A stretch of DNA of 64,000 nucleotides, from assembly GCA_036172245.1 (NCBI GenBank), contig JAYWIR010000042.1, positions 1,302,001 to 1,366,000 of the forward strand. Direction: 5' to 3'. A model generated the notes under the pieces. That model was not told where the DNA came from. It saw nothing but the letters and a program-made list of their open reading frames with translations, and searched no databases. Position 1 is the first letter of the stretch, and each line of letters opens with the position of its first letter. Of the stretch, positions 12,000-24,460 are shown piece after piece. The stretch is from Raillietiella orientalis. Its lineage: Eukaryota. A program made the position numbers and the translations under genes.

Positions 12000-13950
12000 G
12001 GGCACTACCGCTTTCCCCCTACCTCTCCTTCCTATCCGGCAATTCGTTTCACGGAGATCCTTCCGATTCTCCTGGTCATAGGTCGTCGGAGGACCCTCTT
12101 GGAACCTACCGGGGAGGCACCCAGTGCATTCTCTTTCGTCACCAGTCCTTTCTCCTGCCTTCCTTCCCGATCGCCGTCGCTCCAGGGATTTGCGTTCCGA
12201 CCTCGCTTCCGACGCCTTCCCTCTCCTTCGCGCGCAGATTTCCCTCAGACTCCGACCCGGGAGTGGCGCGCGCGGAAAGGCGGCCTCGGAATTGCTGGGC
12301 TGCCCGGACGACGGCTTCTGAGGTCTGATGCACCAAGGAGCTCCCAACCGAGCTGCGGCGCTGCGGCTCGCCACCCTGACGACAGCCCATCCATGGGAGA
12401 TTATCCTGAAGACCTGATGGGCGAAGAAGCAGCCCTACCGGTCCCGAGATCCTCCTGTGGTCTCGGCGGCGCCCGTGGGATGCGTGGCCCTCGTTTTTCT
12501 CCCAACGGCAGGAGACCACTCAACCACATGACAACTCTGCTTGGGGGTCCGAACTGTGGATTCAGCCCTCCCCTTTTCTATCCTCTCCTGGAAAAGACTC
12601 CCGAAAGTTCCAGGAGACCCATCCATCCCTTTCCGTCTCCACTAGCTGATCCTCCTCCTCATTCCCCTTCTTCACTCTCCTTGCGAACCATCTGCTCGGA
12701 GAAGTCCCTTTCCACGCGTGCGCATCGGGAACGCTCCCGCTTTCCTTAGCACGATTTTGTTTGTCTCCTAAGTGTCCCTCCCAAGCAACCACCTCCCAGA
12801 CTGGCATCCCCGTTCCTCTTGAGCATGCAGGGGCTGCTCTCCTTTGAGCAAGTCTTCAGCGTCGGAATCCTCCGAGAGAGTAGGTCGTCGAGATTTCAGG
12901 CTCAGCGTCACGCGCCTTTATTATAGAGCACCTGGACTGAGGGAGGACTGAGTCCCGCCTCGGGCATCTTCTTTATCCAGACCTGTCTTCTGTTTTCACG
13001 GAGGGCACCTTCGGCTTGCCCCAGTTCGTTCTTGTGGCGAGACTCACCCTTCCGTCCGTGCGGGCACCACCCACGCACATTTTGGTGCTGACCATGGAAT
13101 ACGAAGAGGCTGGAGTGCTCTTGTGGGATCAAAGGGGAAAAATCGTCTATGCTGCTGCTGCCAGCCAGCGCCATTTCCCAGCCTCTTTCCGCGGATGCAA
13201 GCCGGAGATGGCAAGCTTCGATTTCCAGGGAGGGAAGGGAACCTTGTCCCGTCTTCACCCCTTACCTTCTCTGTCTTTTTCTTTCCTGATCTTTCAGAAA
13301 GGGTGAGGAGAACCGCTGGATCGGACTGGGACTTTCAAACTCTCGAGGCGACCTTGAACTCCTTCCGAACTCTGCGCGCCCAGGCATCCCACACTTCCGT
13401 TTCATCCCAGGGCGAACGAGAGAGGAATACTAGGACACCCCTCCTCCTCCCTTCTTCCTCGGACTCCAGACAGGCATCTTTACGGAGCATCTTGCGTTTG
13501 GTACCCCTCCTTCGGTTGCCGACGGCTCGGCGACCCAAGTGACAGAAGAATGGTTCATGGGGCATCCACTGTGCATATCGAGGTTTAAAACCCTCATCCA
13601 GGCAACTTGAGTCCTTTGAGAAAACACGAGAGCTTCTGGCCGACCGCAGGACCCTAGAAAGCAGAGAAACTCCTCCTCCAGGAAAGGAAGAAGGGGAAGG
13701 GAACGCCCGTCACCAGGATGCCCAAGGAAAGTCATGAGGATTGCCTCTGCTTTCCTTTTGCTTTCCCTCGAAAAAGCCCTTGGATCCAAAAAGAGGAATC
13801 CGGGAAAAGAGATGCAAGGGAAGAGGGATGGAAGTTCGATTCAAGGGTTCTGCACCCCTGTGGAAGACGAACACCTTCCTCGCTGCCCCCTGATGAACTT
13901 CCTTCCTCGAGAACTCCTTTTCCGATTTACTCTTCGGAGGAACTCGCTCG
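12000..13950 (-). mobile_element. LINE ORF1-like relic of the local repeat family
   Basis: Knuckle remnant VSCRWEKNEGHASH at about 12470-12515; patchy similarity to 17-19 kb and 39-42 kb. Confidence 0.4.
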
Positions 13951-14083
13951 CTCGAGGGAAAAATCAAAAGAGAGGATTAGGGTGATGAGGGAAGGAGGAG
14001 GATGAGACGAGGGAGCTCAACGCAAGGTCAGGAAGTGGAGCCGGGAAAAAAAAGGGAAGAGGAGGTCGTGTGTTGGGCGAGTC

Positions 14084-14390
14084 ATGAGGAAGCCAAGCGG
14101 AGGTGGCTGTAACTGGGGGGAAGGCATTTTTGCAGCAGCGCTAACTGCCTCATCTTCAGGAGATAGGAGGCTTTTTCTTGAGCGTGGCCAGCCTCGATAT
14201 GCATCCCCCGCTACGACGCCTAGCAGGTCAGCGTCTACGCTGGGGTGGGATTCTCAACGTTTGTGCCCGTTGCCATGAAATCTGTAAATCCACAGCCCGT
14301 CGCCTATCTGACAGAGCCCCACGCTGTCCACACTGTCACGCGTGATGTTTGTCCGGGTGTCTGGCTCAGGCCTATGCAGGAGGGAATGGG
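14084..14390 (+). pseudogene. H4-like relic
   Basis: PPLRRLA (PAIRRLA); PVAYLTEPHAVHTVTRDV (AVTYTEHAKRKTVTAMDV). Confidence 0.63.
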
Positions 14391-14469
14391 GAGAGGAAGA
14401 AGAGTCGGCATTCCCCTCAGAGGGACTCAGCACGCGAAACGATGAACCCCGTCAGAGTGGGGACCGAAC

Positions 14470-14740
14470 GGACCGGCACCGAGATGGGCGGCGAATACAG
14501 AGGAGTGCAGGCTACGCGAGAGACCCTGGTGGGCAAATCCGAAAGCTTCATCCGCGCTCCGCTTGCAGAGGTCCGGAGCGAGACTGCTTGCGCGAGTTTC
14601 TGTCCTGATGGTCCAGCTTCCTACGATGCGGGGTTGCGAGGGCTGGCCGCTCTGTCCCTTGAAGCGAATCTCGTCCATCTCCGTCCAGCTTCTCTGCGAG
14701 GTTTTCGAGACTTGGTTGAGACCCTAGGCAAGCAGACGAG
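14470..14740 (+). pseudogene. H3-like relic
   Basis: RDGRRIQRS (REIRRYQKS); QIRKLHP (LIRKLP); EANLVHL (EAYLVGL). Confidence 0.63.
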
Positions 14741-14779
14741 GGGGGAATGTGAGTCATGCTGTCTTCTCTCTTGCTTTAT

Positions 14780-15110
14780 TCAAGGACGAAGCCGCGGGCG
14801 TCTGTGAGTGCCGCAGCCTAAGTGGGAATCGGAATCGGCTCTCGTTCATTGGGAAGACAGAAATCCGCCGGGGGGAACGGCAGCAGCAGGTTTCTCTTGC
14901 TGCTCTTCTCACGGGTCTCCCATCCGCTCTGCTGAGATTGAACTGGGTCCTGCGGCAGTAGGGTTGCTGTGGCATGCTCCCATTCATTCTTCATTTCAGG
15001 AGAACTGTTCACCTTTCTTTCCCTCAAAGTCCAGGCAACCTTCTCTGCGGCAGCCGTGTGATGGAGTGGGTGTGAAGTGCTGCTTTGGCAGAGTCCGTTT
15101 GGAGAAGATA
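14780..15110 (+). pseudogene. H2A-like relic
   Basis: VSLAALL (VYLAAVL); SAEIELGPAA (TAEILELAGNAA). Confidence 0.55.
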
Positions 15111-15564
15111 AGAAAAGCTTCCTGCTAGCTCAGGTTCCCGAGGGCTGTTCCACGAAAACACCCAACCAGAGGGAGAGGAAAAGGTGGACAAGGAATCAAC
15201 ATCATGACTACTTTCAACTACTAACTGAAGTATTCGCAGCACACTCAGAAAGGAAGCTGATTATGCATGAGGGATCCAAAGTGGATGATGGAACCAGGGC
15301 AGCAGGAAAATCTTGATTGCTCCTTAAACGGACACGATGCTCGAGGTAATGCAAAGTTTCATCTAATTTTCATGACTCGCGTTGCCATGGTGCTTTTCCT
15401 TTCACGGGAGCCCCCCTCCGTATTACGGGGAATACCGAACTGACCCTTATTTTGTCTGAAGGGTGTAGCGAGTTGTATTCCTGTGTGGATACGCGATGAC
15501 TCCGGCGTCTGGTGGTAGGTGAGCACTGAAGAAGGCAGGCAAGGCACAGAGGAACATCATGGAA

Positions 15565-15840
15565 GGAGACAAGAAGAAGCGGAAGAGGAACGAGAGTTAT
15601 GCCATCTGCATCTATAAAGTTTTGGAGCAGGGACGTGGGTGCCTCCAGCAAGGCCAAGTCGATTGTCAACAGCCTTCGTGAGTGACATCTTCGAGTGCAT
15701 CGCAGCAGAGGCGCTGCCTCCTCACTACAACAAAATCTCGACCACCACCAGCCGGGAAGTGCAGGCAGGAGATGCGCCTGCTGCCGCTGCCCGGAACACG
15801 CCGGCTCGGAAAACACGGAAGCTGTGACCAAGTTGCGTGA
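15565..15840 (+). pseudogene. Histone H2B pseudogene (best-preserved relic)
   Basis: [72 protein letters not shown]; several frameshifts. Confidence 0.9.
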
Positions 15841-15899
15841 GCTCGAAGTTGCTTCCGCCAGCCCGCACGTTCCAGCCCCGCGAGATTTCTGGAACAATT

Positions 15900-16020
15900 T
15901 TCGCGTTTCCAAGCCTAAGGATGGCCGTGGCGCCTCGTGAAATGCTCACGTTGGAACTTCGAGGTTCTCCGGATGGAAGAGGCAGGCGCACCGCCGTCTG
16001 CATACTTCCTGGATGGTGGT
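15900..16020 (-). pseudogene. H2B C-terminal relic
   Basis: MQTAVRLPLPSGE (IQTAVRLLLP-GE). Confidence 0.6.
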
Positions 16021-16589
16021 GGATGAAATTAAGGATGGGAATCGAGGATGCTTCCTTGGGAATTTTTTTTTTCTTCCCGAAGTTTGCTCACCGATTTCGG
16101 ATGCACCGAAGTGCAAAGCGGTCAACTTCGAGTGCCCAAGTTGAAATGCCGATTTGAAAAAAAAAAAAAAAAAAGAGCTGGGACGAATATTCTCGTAATT
16201 GAGATCCATCTGTAAAAACGAGAGGAGAAGAGTAGGACAGCCAACGCATGCCTCAAGCCAATGAGTTGACCCGCCACGTTTCCAGCTTGATTTTCTATCC
16301 CACCGCACGTTGCTGGAACATGGCAGAAGTTATCGCGGGAGGAAAAGTCTTGTTTCTCCTGACAAGCTCGCATTGCAAACAAGCCCAGGAGCAGCAAGGC
16401 TTGCATGTCACGCGGGCTGTCAGCAGATAAGGTTCGAGGACACCCTCTGGCTCGGTTCAACAAGTTCTGCTTCTCTTGTAGAAGGAAAAGAGGAATAAGG
16501 AAGAAGCGCATTCTCCATCCTTTTACCATGTTCATCCCTTCAGGTGAAAGGGGAACCTCTTCCGCATCCTGCCACAGTTTGACACTGCA

Positions 16590-16880
16590 TCGCCACGAAG
16601 GACGCCGATCAGCATGGGCCTCTTCGATCAGAGATGCCTATCCGGTTGCATCTTGAGCGCACAGATTGGCATCCATGAAGTTTGCAGCTCCACTTCAACC
16701 GAATTCGTGTGCGCCAACCCTTCCACCCGCGCTCAGTCTCATTTGCAGCGATGCAGGGATGCTGCATATAAGATGACATGCCATTTGGTGGTCGGCAACT
16801 TGCGATCAGCGAAGCTCACAGCATTGAGGTTTCGTTTCGGCCGCGCTCCAATGAGGTCGGAGGTGGAGCGAGCGAGCGAT
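16590..16880 (-). pseudogene. Histone H3 relic
   Basis: gagcttcgctgatcgcaagttgccg resembles ELLIRKLP; FMDANLCAQDA (FEDTNLCAIHA); VLRGD (RIRGE). Confidence 0.7.
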
Positions 16881-16999
16881 TCTTGAGATGCAGCGCTTCA
16901 TCTGCTGCTGAAGCCGCGTCCCTAGCCCGTGCTCCTTTCAAAAAAGCTCATCAGGGCGTTCCGGCGGAGCACAAACTGTTGAGGGTGTTTTTTTTAGTT

Positions 17000-19130
17000 C
17001 GCCTGTGGCTTCCATCTGGACGCTGCAGAGTTCTACCACGCGAATTCAAGTTCCCTGGAGTGCGGGTGTCCTCTCGGGAGCAAAAAAAAAAAAAAGAAAA
17101 AGAGAGCAAACCACGTCGATCCAGAACTCTTGCACCGGCGTCTCCCGAGCCCGTGCCCGCAGATTTCTGCGGGAAGCAACGTTCAAGGGAGACGCGCTCT
17201 GCTTCTCCGCTCTTGCCCCAAGAGGTTCTCCTGGAAGGGTGCCTCGCGCTCACGCTCTGCTTCTTGTGGTCGGAGAACGAGGGCTCCTCGGAGATATCAC
17301 CGCCACCGAGGCTGAAGGCACGGCGACAATGCAAGGGAGGGCGGGGGGGTTCCGGGATGCTACATCAGGGTGTAGCTCTCGGCTCGTCCGGGGTAGCGGC
17401 AGAACCTCCGCCCTTAGGCATCGAATGGGACGGAGGTGGTCGTCGGCAGAGAGCTCCATGAGCTTTCTCTCCTACCCTCTGGAAGGTGCGCCCCCTGGAC
17501 ACCCTCGGGAAGCGAAGAAGACCCAACGCTGGACGAAGTGCTCGGAAAAGGGGACGGCTGGCCGATGGAAATCCCTTGGAGTTCTTCTATTCCTTCCAAC
17601 TTTTCTTCTTCTTCTGTTTCTTGGTTCGCCAAGTGCTGAGCCTCCTCAGAGGGAGGTCACGAAGCTCTTGGAGTACCCGCCACCCGCCACCCGAGGGTGC
17701 TTGTGACTCTTCATGTTAGAAGGTAGAACCCACATAGAAGGTCGCCCCTCGTTTCTCCTTTGAAGGGAGTCTCCGGAAAGGATGCGCTCCTCGTCTGAAA
17801 TTCTCTTGTCTGAAGAACCCCGAAGGGACGCTCCCGATTTCTCTGACGGGCGCTCTCCGAAGGGAGCGGCACGCTTCTTGGACACTCTGGAGAGGCAACC
17901 CCTGAGGGGGATGTCAACCAGCTCCATGGTAACGGCTCCATTTTCTTCACCGAAAGGGGAACCTTGGAGGGAGCCAGCGCTCCTCTATTCCTGGGAAGAC
18001 CCCAGGGGGGATCGGCACCACGAGTGCCACCGCACTCGAAGCCCCCAGGCCAACCAGAGTCATTTTGCGGGGGGAGGGTTCAGAACCCACGATGCCCCCC
18101 ATTTCTAGGAGTATCCATCCTTCTCCCCTGGCGGAATTCGAGCCCCCGATGCTTGGCACTGAGCGCGGAAAGGAGGCTGCAGACGCGGTACAGCAACTGT
18201 TTCTCAAGAGCCGGTGCCCATGCTTGGGCGCTCGCAGGTCACCGCTTCCACCTGACACAAGTGGACGCGCCGCCCTCGAGATGCGTTCGTATCAGACGCA
18301 GGCAGGTGGAACCCGCCGTTTCGAAGCAGAGCTGGCTGCTGCCAGGAGCCCTCCCCGGCGTCAGGGAATTTGTTGGGGGAACCAATCTCCTGGAGGCATT
18401 CGGAAGGGACCTTTTGGCGCTGTTTCGAAGAAAAAGGGCGGCGTTTTGGAAGGGCTGGGGGGGACAGTGAGCTGCCCTCTCCGAGCTGGGGGCCCGTCCG
18501 AAGGGGGGAAGTGCGTGGAGCCAGGGGAGGGAAGGGAACTGCTGGTCTCCAGGAAAGAAAAAAAAAAATCTCGGTTACGGGCTGAAGCAGGTATGCGGGT
18601 CGGGGAGGAAGAAGACGTGCGTTCCGCTGCTTGGATGCGTCGAAAGCGAGCGGGTCGCGCGCGGGAAAGTGGCCGCCGCCCAGTAGCGGAAGACGCCCGA
18701 AGAGCCGATGGATTTCGTTTCTTTCTTTTCGGGATGGGAACCCGGTCATCGGTTCCGCTGCATTGGGAGGACGAGTGTGCCTGCCCTGCAGGATCTCAGC
18801 GCCTACGCTTCCCGAGCCAAAAGATCCAAGCGGGGGATCCGCCTGGTTCCGTGTCGGAAGTCGAGAAAGGGCGCGCACGCGGGGCGGACTCCTCGAGCCG
18901 AGATCGGCTGCCCGGAAAAGAGATAAAAGCAGGAGGAGGAGGGAGCATCGTCCTTGACCCAATGGCGGCGGCGAGGGTTTGCCACGCGAGCTTCCGGCCG
19001 TTCTCCGGGAGCGTGGTTCTCCTGCAGGAAGCCAGGTCGAATCCACCGTGGCCGCCGCAAGGGAAGGTGGTGGTGGTGGGGGAGGTAGGTAAACGACGCT
19101 CCGCGACAGGGACCTCCCACGAGATGGTCG
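17000..19130 (-). mobile_element. LINE ORF1-like relic; dispersed repeat family shared with 38.7-41.9 kb and 47.2-48.0 kb
   Basis: MELVDIP...KKRAAPFGERP matches 47486 (EELVDTP...EKRAAPFGERP) and 40.5 kb (MELVDQL...KKLAAPSGER). An RYPG pre-knuckle remnant lies at about 17390. Confidence 0.55.
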
Positions 19131-19979
19131 GATAGGAAGATACCTGGAATTTCTGCTGCGCGCAGCACTGGTGCTCCGCGCGCTTCCTTCCTATGCTGCT
19201 CGTAACGTGGCGGCTTTCTACAAGCAGAAGTGGTCAGGTGTGGACAGAAGGTCAAAGCTTGTTGCTAAGTCCCGCGGGAGGGACGAATACGTCAAAGGAA
19301 GAGAGAACCGACTTCTGTAAGGGGTTGCCACGGTACATCTTCGTCCTCACTCTTCTCCGTTCGTCCCGGGACTCAACTTCGCATCTGAACCAAGCTGCGG
19401 ATAGGGGGGAAAAAAAGAAAAAAAAGGAGAAAAAAATGAAACGTGCTGCATCCGTTATGTCTCGGAGCTAAGAGGGACACCTGAGGTGTGTACATCCGCA
19501 TCACTGAATCGTATCATTGATCCGACATCACCCAACCGCCAACATTCACCGCCGTTTCCCATCATCCCTCGAGATCCCGTCGGCGCTTCCGTCACGCTGC
19601 TTTTCACGCCTTTGGTGGAGCTCTCCCGCTCCAGCATTCGGAAGCCACCGCGTGGGGAAGCTTTCTGGCTGCAGAGATCCGAACCCACGTATGGGAACGG
19701 ACCTTTTTTTTCCGATGCAAACAAAAATAAATGACCCTATCGAGATGGAGTTCGTGAGCGAAGGAAGAAGAAACGAGCGGACCTTCTGAAGAGAAGACGA
19801 TTAAGAGTTGTTTACGGGGGCAAAAAAAGTTCTTTTTTTTTTGGTTTATCTCCCGGAGCACACGCTGATTTCCATACAACACTTGATGTGTTTGTGCTCA
19901 GCCATCGTCTTCAGAGGGAAATCAGAATCCCCATCTGAAGCTAACTGCGCCCATTTGTTCGGTCATCTAGGGGCGATGA

Positions 19980-20240
19980 GACGATCTCTCTCGGAACGTT
20001 CCCACGTGATTTATGGAGACAGTGGCATCTCGTTAACAGCATCCCTATTCATTAAAAGAGCGGCGGCTGTTCTCCTACTCTTCGCTCTCGAGATTCCGTC
20101 GCTGCTGTGTCGCAGTGGCGGAACACGGGAATCCGGAAACCCGAAGCAGTTGGCGACAACCGTCTTCTGAATGCAAATCGTGGCGACGATTCGCATGGCA
20201 CATTACTTGGGCGCGAGCTTGTCGCGGCAGCTTCTGACCT
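19980..20240 (+). pseudogene. H2B-like relic
   Basis: GDSGISLTASLFI (PDTGISSKAMSIM); ALEIPSLL (AGEASRLA). Confidence 0.52.
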
Positions 20241-20340
20241 CTGGATGGACGGCCTTTGGTACCGTCCTAGTTCGGAAACGGGGAAAGAGGAACTTTAGGA
20301 TAACCGCGGTTCTCTAGGAAAAATGAATTCCTGTGTTGGT

Positions 20341-21130
20341 TTGACACCCGATCACGCCGGGACGTTTATTACAAAAAATAAACATGCATGTGTAGGGTCA
20401 TCGGCCCTGCATCGTCTGAAAATGCTGGGAACCTGCCGGGTTCCCGGCACGCAGGCCTGTGAGGTTCGTCTCGGCAGCAAAGGAGAACAAGGCAAGCAAA
20501 AATAAAAATAAATAAAGATCAATAATAATTAAATAAAACTCTGGGGGGCACGGGAAGGGATCACTGCCCTCTAGAGGTAGTCCTCTGAATCCTTTCCAGG
20601 ATGCCGGCAAGTTCCATCCGAGTATGCTCCAGGTGGGGCCATCTTGTTGCCGTCCACAGGAAGCGTAGGGAGAAGCAGATGGCATCCCTATCGCGTCGTC
20701 CTCCTTCTCTCGCGTAGCTCCAGGCCGCCACAATCCCACGTAGACAGCCAAGAGCTGCTAGGGATGTGGCAGGCTAAAGGACGTCGCGCACAAAGAGGAG
20801 CTTCAACACTTCTCTGGGAGCGTTCACCGATGCACCAGGGGCCTCTGCGTAACGCGACCCGGAAGGCTGGAGGGCAACACAGTCAATAAGCTGATGAAGG
20901 AGAGATTTTCATTCCCCGCACCTGCAGCAGTATGGGGTTTGCAGCTTCCCTTCCCTTCTAGTGAGATCGGCGGCCGTTGCTGGGGCAACCCAGCAACGGC
21001 CGCCGTGCAACGGAGACCCCAGTGCAACACCAGCAATGCCGACTCCTATCGCTTCAGGGTCTCAGGGGTTGTTCTTCAGCGTTGGAATCCACTCGAGGTC
21101 TTCCTGTGGGATTCCCAGAAGCCCACTCCA
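20341..21130 (-). mobile_element. L1/Tx1-like relic, 3' part
   Basis: Nucleotide similarity to 2860-3260 (ccaggtggggccatct; gggcaacacagtc; cccagtgcaaca) and the shared 3' motif at 20341-20370. Confidence 0.7.
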
Positions 21131-21569
21131 GCGCAGTAGTCTGGAGTGTAGTGGTGACGCTGCTTGGAGGGCTCGCGCGCAGGCACGTAATCCGTCGGCA
21201 TTTTTCAACCGCCCATCTTGGAGCACAGCTCTTTGATTTCCCCCGAGAGATGGTGAGGCATTACCGTTTCTTTTAGATGCGGAGTCCTCGCATCCGAAAG
21301 ATCCGAGTGTTGTGCAAGAATCCCGAAGTTTTCGTGGAGGAAGCGCTCCGGGAAGATCCGACGTCAGAGGCGAGGAAGGAGCGAGATTTCTTCGAGAGGC
21401 AAAGCAGGGATGACCTCTTAGCTCCCTGCCTGTTTTTTTTTTTTTTTTCAATCATTTCACTCGAGCTGATCGCACGCTGAGGATGTTCCCTGGGGAAGAA
21501 CTCCTGGCTCATGAGAAATGATGCTCACGCTGGCTCTGATTGTGAATTCTACCAATGCATCTCAGATGC

Positions 21570-21760
21570 TGTCCATTATGCTCGAGGATCTGCGCCGCCA
21601 ATAAGGGGTCTTCGCCGAGTGCAACAAGGATGCTCCACCCCGCACTGCCATCCTCGGACACGCAGCGGAGCAAGGCAGGGACGCTCTTCCGAATCAGGGA
21701 GCAAAGGACGACTTTTCGGAAGCACGTGGATGTCGTGTTCGCTCTCAAGGTGGTTTCTTT
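21570..21760 (+). pseudogene. H4-like relic
   Basis: PPIRGL (PAIRRL); VDVVFALK (MDVVYALK) at 21726-21749. Confidence 0.68.
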
Positions 21761-21829
21761 GTCGCCGGTGTCCTTCATTCGCTCTTGCGCATCTTCCGTA
21801 GGGCTCGGTCTGTAACTCTGATTGAAGCG

Positions 21830-22070
21830 AGCGCTCTTGTGCGGACGCGCGCGGGCGCGCTTCCGCTGGCATCCCTAAGGAGCAACGGTTTTTTTCTTTG
21901 CCTCGCGGATGCGTCGCGTGAGGAAAGCAGCGATCTCCGGTTCCGATCATCGGAGGATGTCCTCGCCTCGGTCCTAAGGCAACGGACCGCTGCTTTGAGC
22001 TCGAAAAAGGCTGCAGAGACCGCCCTGAAGCCGGAAGAAACGGTATTCAGAGCGGTGCGGAAGTTCCGCC
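21830..22070 (+). pseudogene. H2A-like relic
   Basis: RTRAG (SSRAG); VLASVLRQRTA (YLAAVLEYLTA). Confidence 0.48.
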
Positions 22071-22169
22071 AGCAGAAAACTGCGGATGAGGAATAAAGGG
22101 AGGGGAGGGGGGGCGAGAGAGAGAGAGAGAGAAAAAAAAATAAATTCCTCGACCCGAAAAGTTGGCATT

Positions 22170-22420
22170 CCTGCGGATTTTGATCTTTCCTGTCCGGCTC
22201 GCCCCGCGTGAACGGGTGCAGCAGAAGGAGCGGAACGATGGGCACAATACGGATTCGGACGCGAGTGCATCGTGGATGCTGGGATGGGAAAACGTCCGCC
22301 TCCCCCCTCCGATTCCGCGGAAGGATTCCCCATCCGGAAACCGATCGTGCTAGATGGGCTCGGGAGAAACGCTCCTCATTCCAATGCACGTCACACCTTC
22401 CTCTCAGAGTGGTCGATTCG
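22170..22420 (+). pseudogene. H2A-like relic
   Basis: LIFPV (LQFPV); SGN; LIPMHV (IIPRHL). Confidence 0.47.
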
Positions 22421-22839
22421 GAAGTCGACCTGTGAGCTGGAGGGGGAGAGGGGGGGATTACGGCAGAGATCTTCCTGCCCGGCTGTCGATGTGGCCGTCA
22501 CTGCTGGAGGATAGTAATTTTCTGTTCTGAAGCGTCGGCGTTGGGAAACTGTCATCGTGATAAGCCGTCTTGCGATGTTGTTACCTTTTTTTTTATTTTT
22601 GTTTTTGCCTGCGTCTCCATTGCGACAACTCAGGCGGTAGCAGCGCCTGTCTTTTTCCTTGAATGTGCAAAAAAAAAAAAAAAAAAAATGGGCGAGTTCG
22701 CGTTTTGTTTCCTTCTTTCGCCGGTTACACAACGAGCGACCGCTTAACGAGTTGGCAGAAAATCGCTGCTGGGAAATGCAGCAGGGGAAGGGGGGGGGGG
22801 GAAGTGGAAGCAACGAATTTTTCCTGTGCAAAATGAGCT

Positions 22840-23107
22840 TTTTATCGTCCCTTCGAACGGCCTCCAAGCGACGGCTCCGCGGCGACGGCTGCAGCGACGC
22901 GCAGCGGAAGTTTGGCCAGTTCTCGCGCACTTCCAGGGAGCGTGCGCGCGCGAGGAACGGTCGAAGCTTACGGGAAGCTCCTCTTCCCCTTCCGTCTTCG
23001 CGAGCCACACTTCGCCACGCGCCACTGCACGTGCTCACCGTCCTCAAGAATTCGGCTGAAGAAGCACCGCTGCGAGAGAAGAAGCCAGCTCCTCGCTTCC
23101 GGGACAC
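22840..23107 (-). pseudogene. H2A-like relic
   Basis: RGAGFF (SRAGLQ); GEVWL (APVYL); RRLEAVRRDDKKL (RHLQLAIRNDEEL). Confidence 0.52.
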
Positions 23108-23179
23108 CGAGGTCTGCTTCCCCCCTCCCCCTCTCCCCTACTCCTTCGGACTCCCTGCCGCGGGATCGCCCTGCACTTC

Positions 23180-23360
23180 ATGCGAGCCACCGGCTGTCGC
23201 ACCTCGCGAAGATGGCCGCCGGCGACCTACGGTGGGAAGCGAGCGCGGTCAGGGCATATTCGGGACGGTCGGCGGGACCGAGGCGGTAGCCCCGAGCGGG
23301 TCGCCTGGAAAAAAGGAAAGAAGGACATCTGTTCCCAGCGGCGGTCTACAAGCCTGCAGT
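23180..23360 (+). pseudogene. H3-like relic
   Basis: DLRWEASAVRA (DLRFQSSAVMA) at 23224-23256; ERRTSVP (KRVTIMP). Confidence 0.63.
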
Positions 23361-23789
23361 GGATAGACTTGTGCGAGCTCTCTCCTTAAGGATCACACCA
23401 GTCACGAGGACGGTTCCCGGGTTCCGGGGACGGGGAAGCGTACGATGAAGAACGGTTTCCTCATCTCGAATTGTGTGGTCCCCGCGACTCCTGTTGGGCC
23501 GGTGCTAGGAGCAACGGATGAAGAAAGGAAAAAAAAAGGGAAAAACCCAACCATTCCGCTTTTCGCAAAGAAAAAAGAAAGAAACTCAATTTCTGCTTTC
23601 TACTTTTACTGAATGGACTTTCATCTTTGTCTCATGAGGAGCAGACTACATTCCATGGGATTGGGAAGGACCCGCTGCGAACCACCTTCTTCTAATCGGT
23701 TCGCAGAAGAGTTCCCTAGTGGAAGGGGGGCATCTGCTGTAAAAAGACCGGGAGGGACAAATCGGGAATAAATGACCCTCTCCTTTGGA

Positions 23790-24460
23790 TCGGATTCTTT
23801 GCGGTCTCCGACGGCCATCTGTACGTGCGGGGGGCGTCCTCTAACCGTGGGGGTAGACCTGGAAATGGGATTCACCTCTCGACTCGGTCTCCAGCACAAC
23901 CTTCTTCTTAAACGGGCGGGTGCACAAGAGCACGCCAGGATCCGTTCGGTCAGGAAGCTGCTGCTTGATTTGTCGGAGCAACTCTGGGGGAGGAGCATCG
24001 TGCTGAGGAATTTTCCAGAGAAGAATCACGAAAAAGAAAAACAACAACAACAACAACAACTCTCCCACCCCTCTTCCCTCCCCAGACCGCAGACGTGTCT
24101 CCTGTTGCCGTCGTGGCTTTCCGAGAAAAAATTCAGATCCAGTCGACCACCTCTGCTCTTGAAAGAGGCTGCAGGGTGCAAAAAGCAGTTCTGGACTGAC
24201 TGGAAAGCCATCGAGGAGGAGGACCGATTTCCAGTTTGAGCGTGTGGAAAGAAAGAGGACAGCAAGAGCTGATTTTCCTCTTTCACATTTCGCGGAGACT
24301 CGGGCTTACCACTCTTTCATTGTGGGAAAGCACAAAAAGCAGACCGATCGCCTTCCTTGCGCAACCTCAGGAGCCCAAGAAATGAACCGACGTGGACAGA
24401 AATGGTCCTGCGGACGGTAGGGAAACTGGTACGCGCCTCGGTTTGCTTCAGAAGTTCCGC
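23790..24460 (-). pseudogene. Two tandem H2B-like relics (about 24250-24460 and 23790-24000)
   Basis: First relic: LLKQ, VGSFL (MNSFV), REM...QLLLS (REI...RLLLP). Second relic: RSTPTVR (RSTITSR), VQMAV (IQTAV). Confidence 0.48.
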
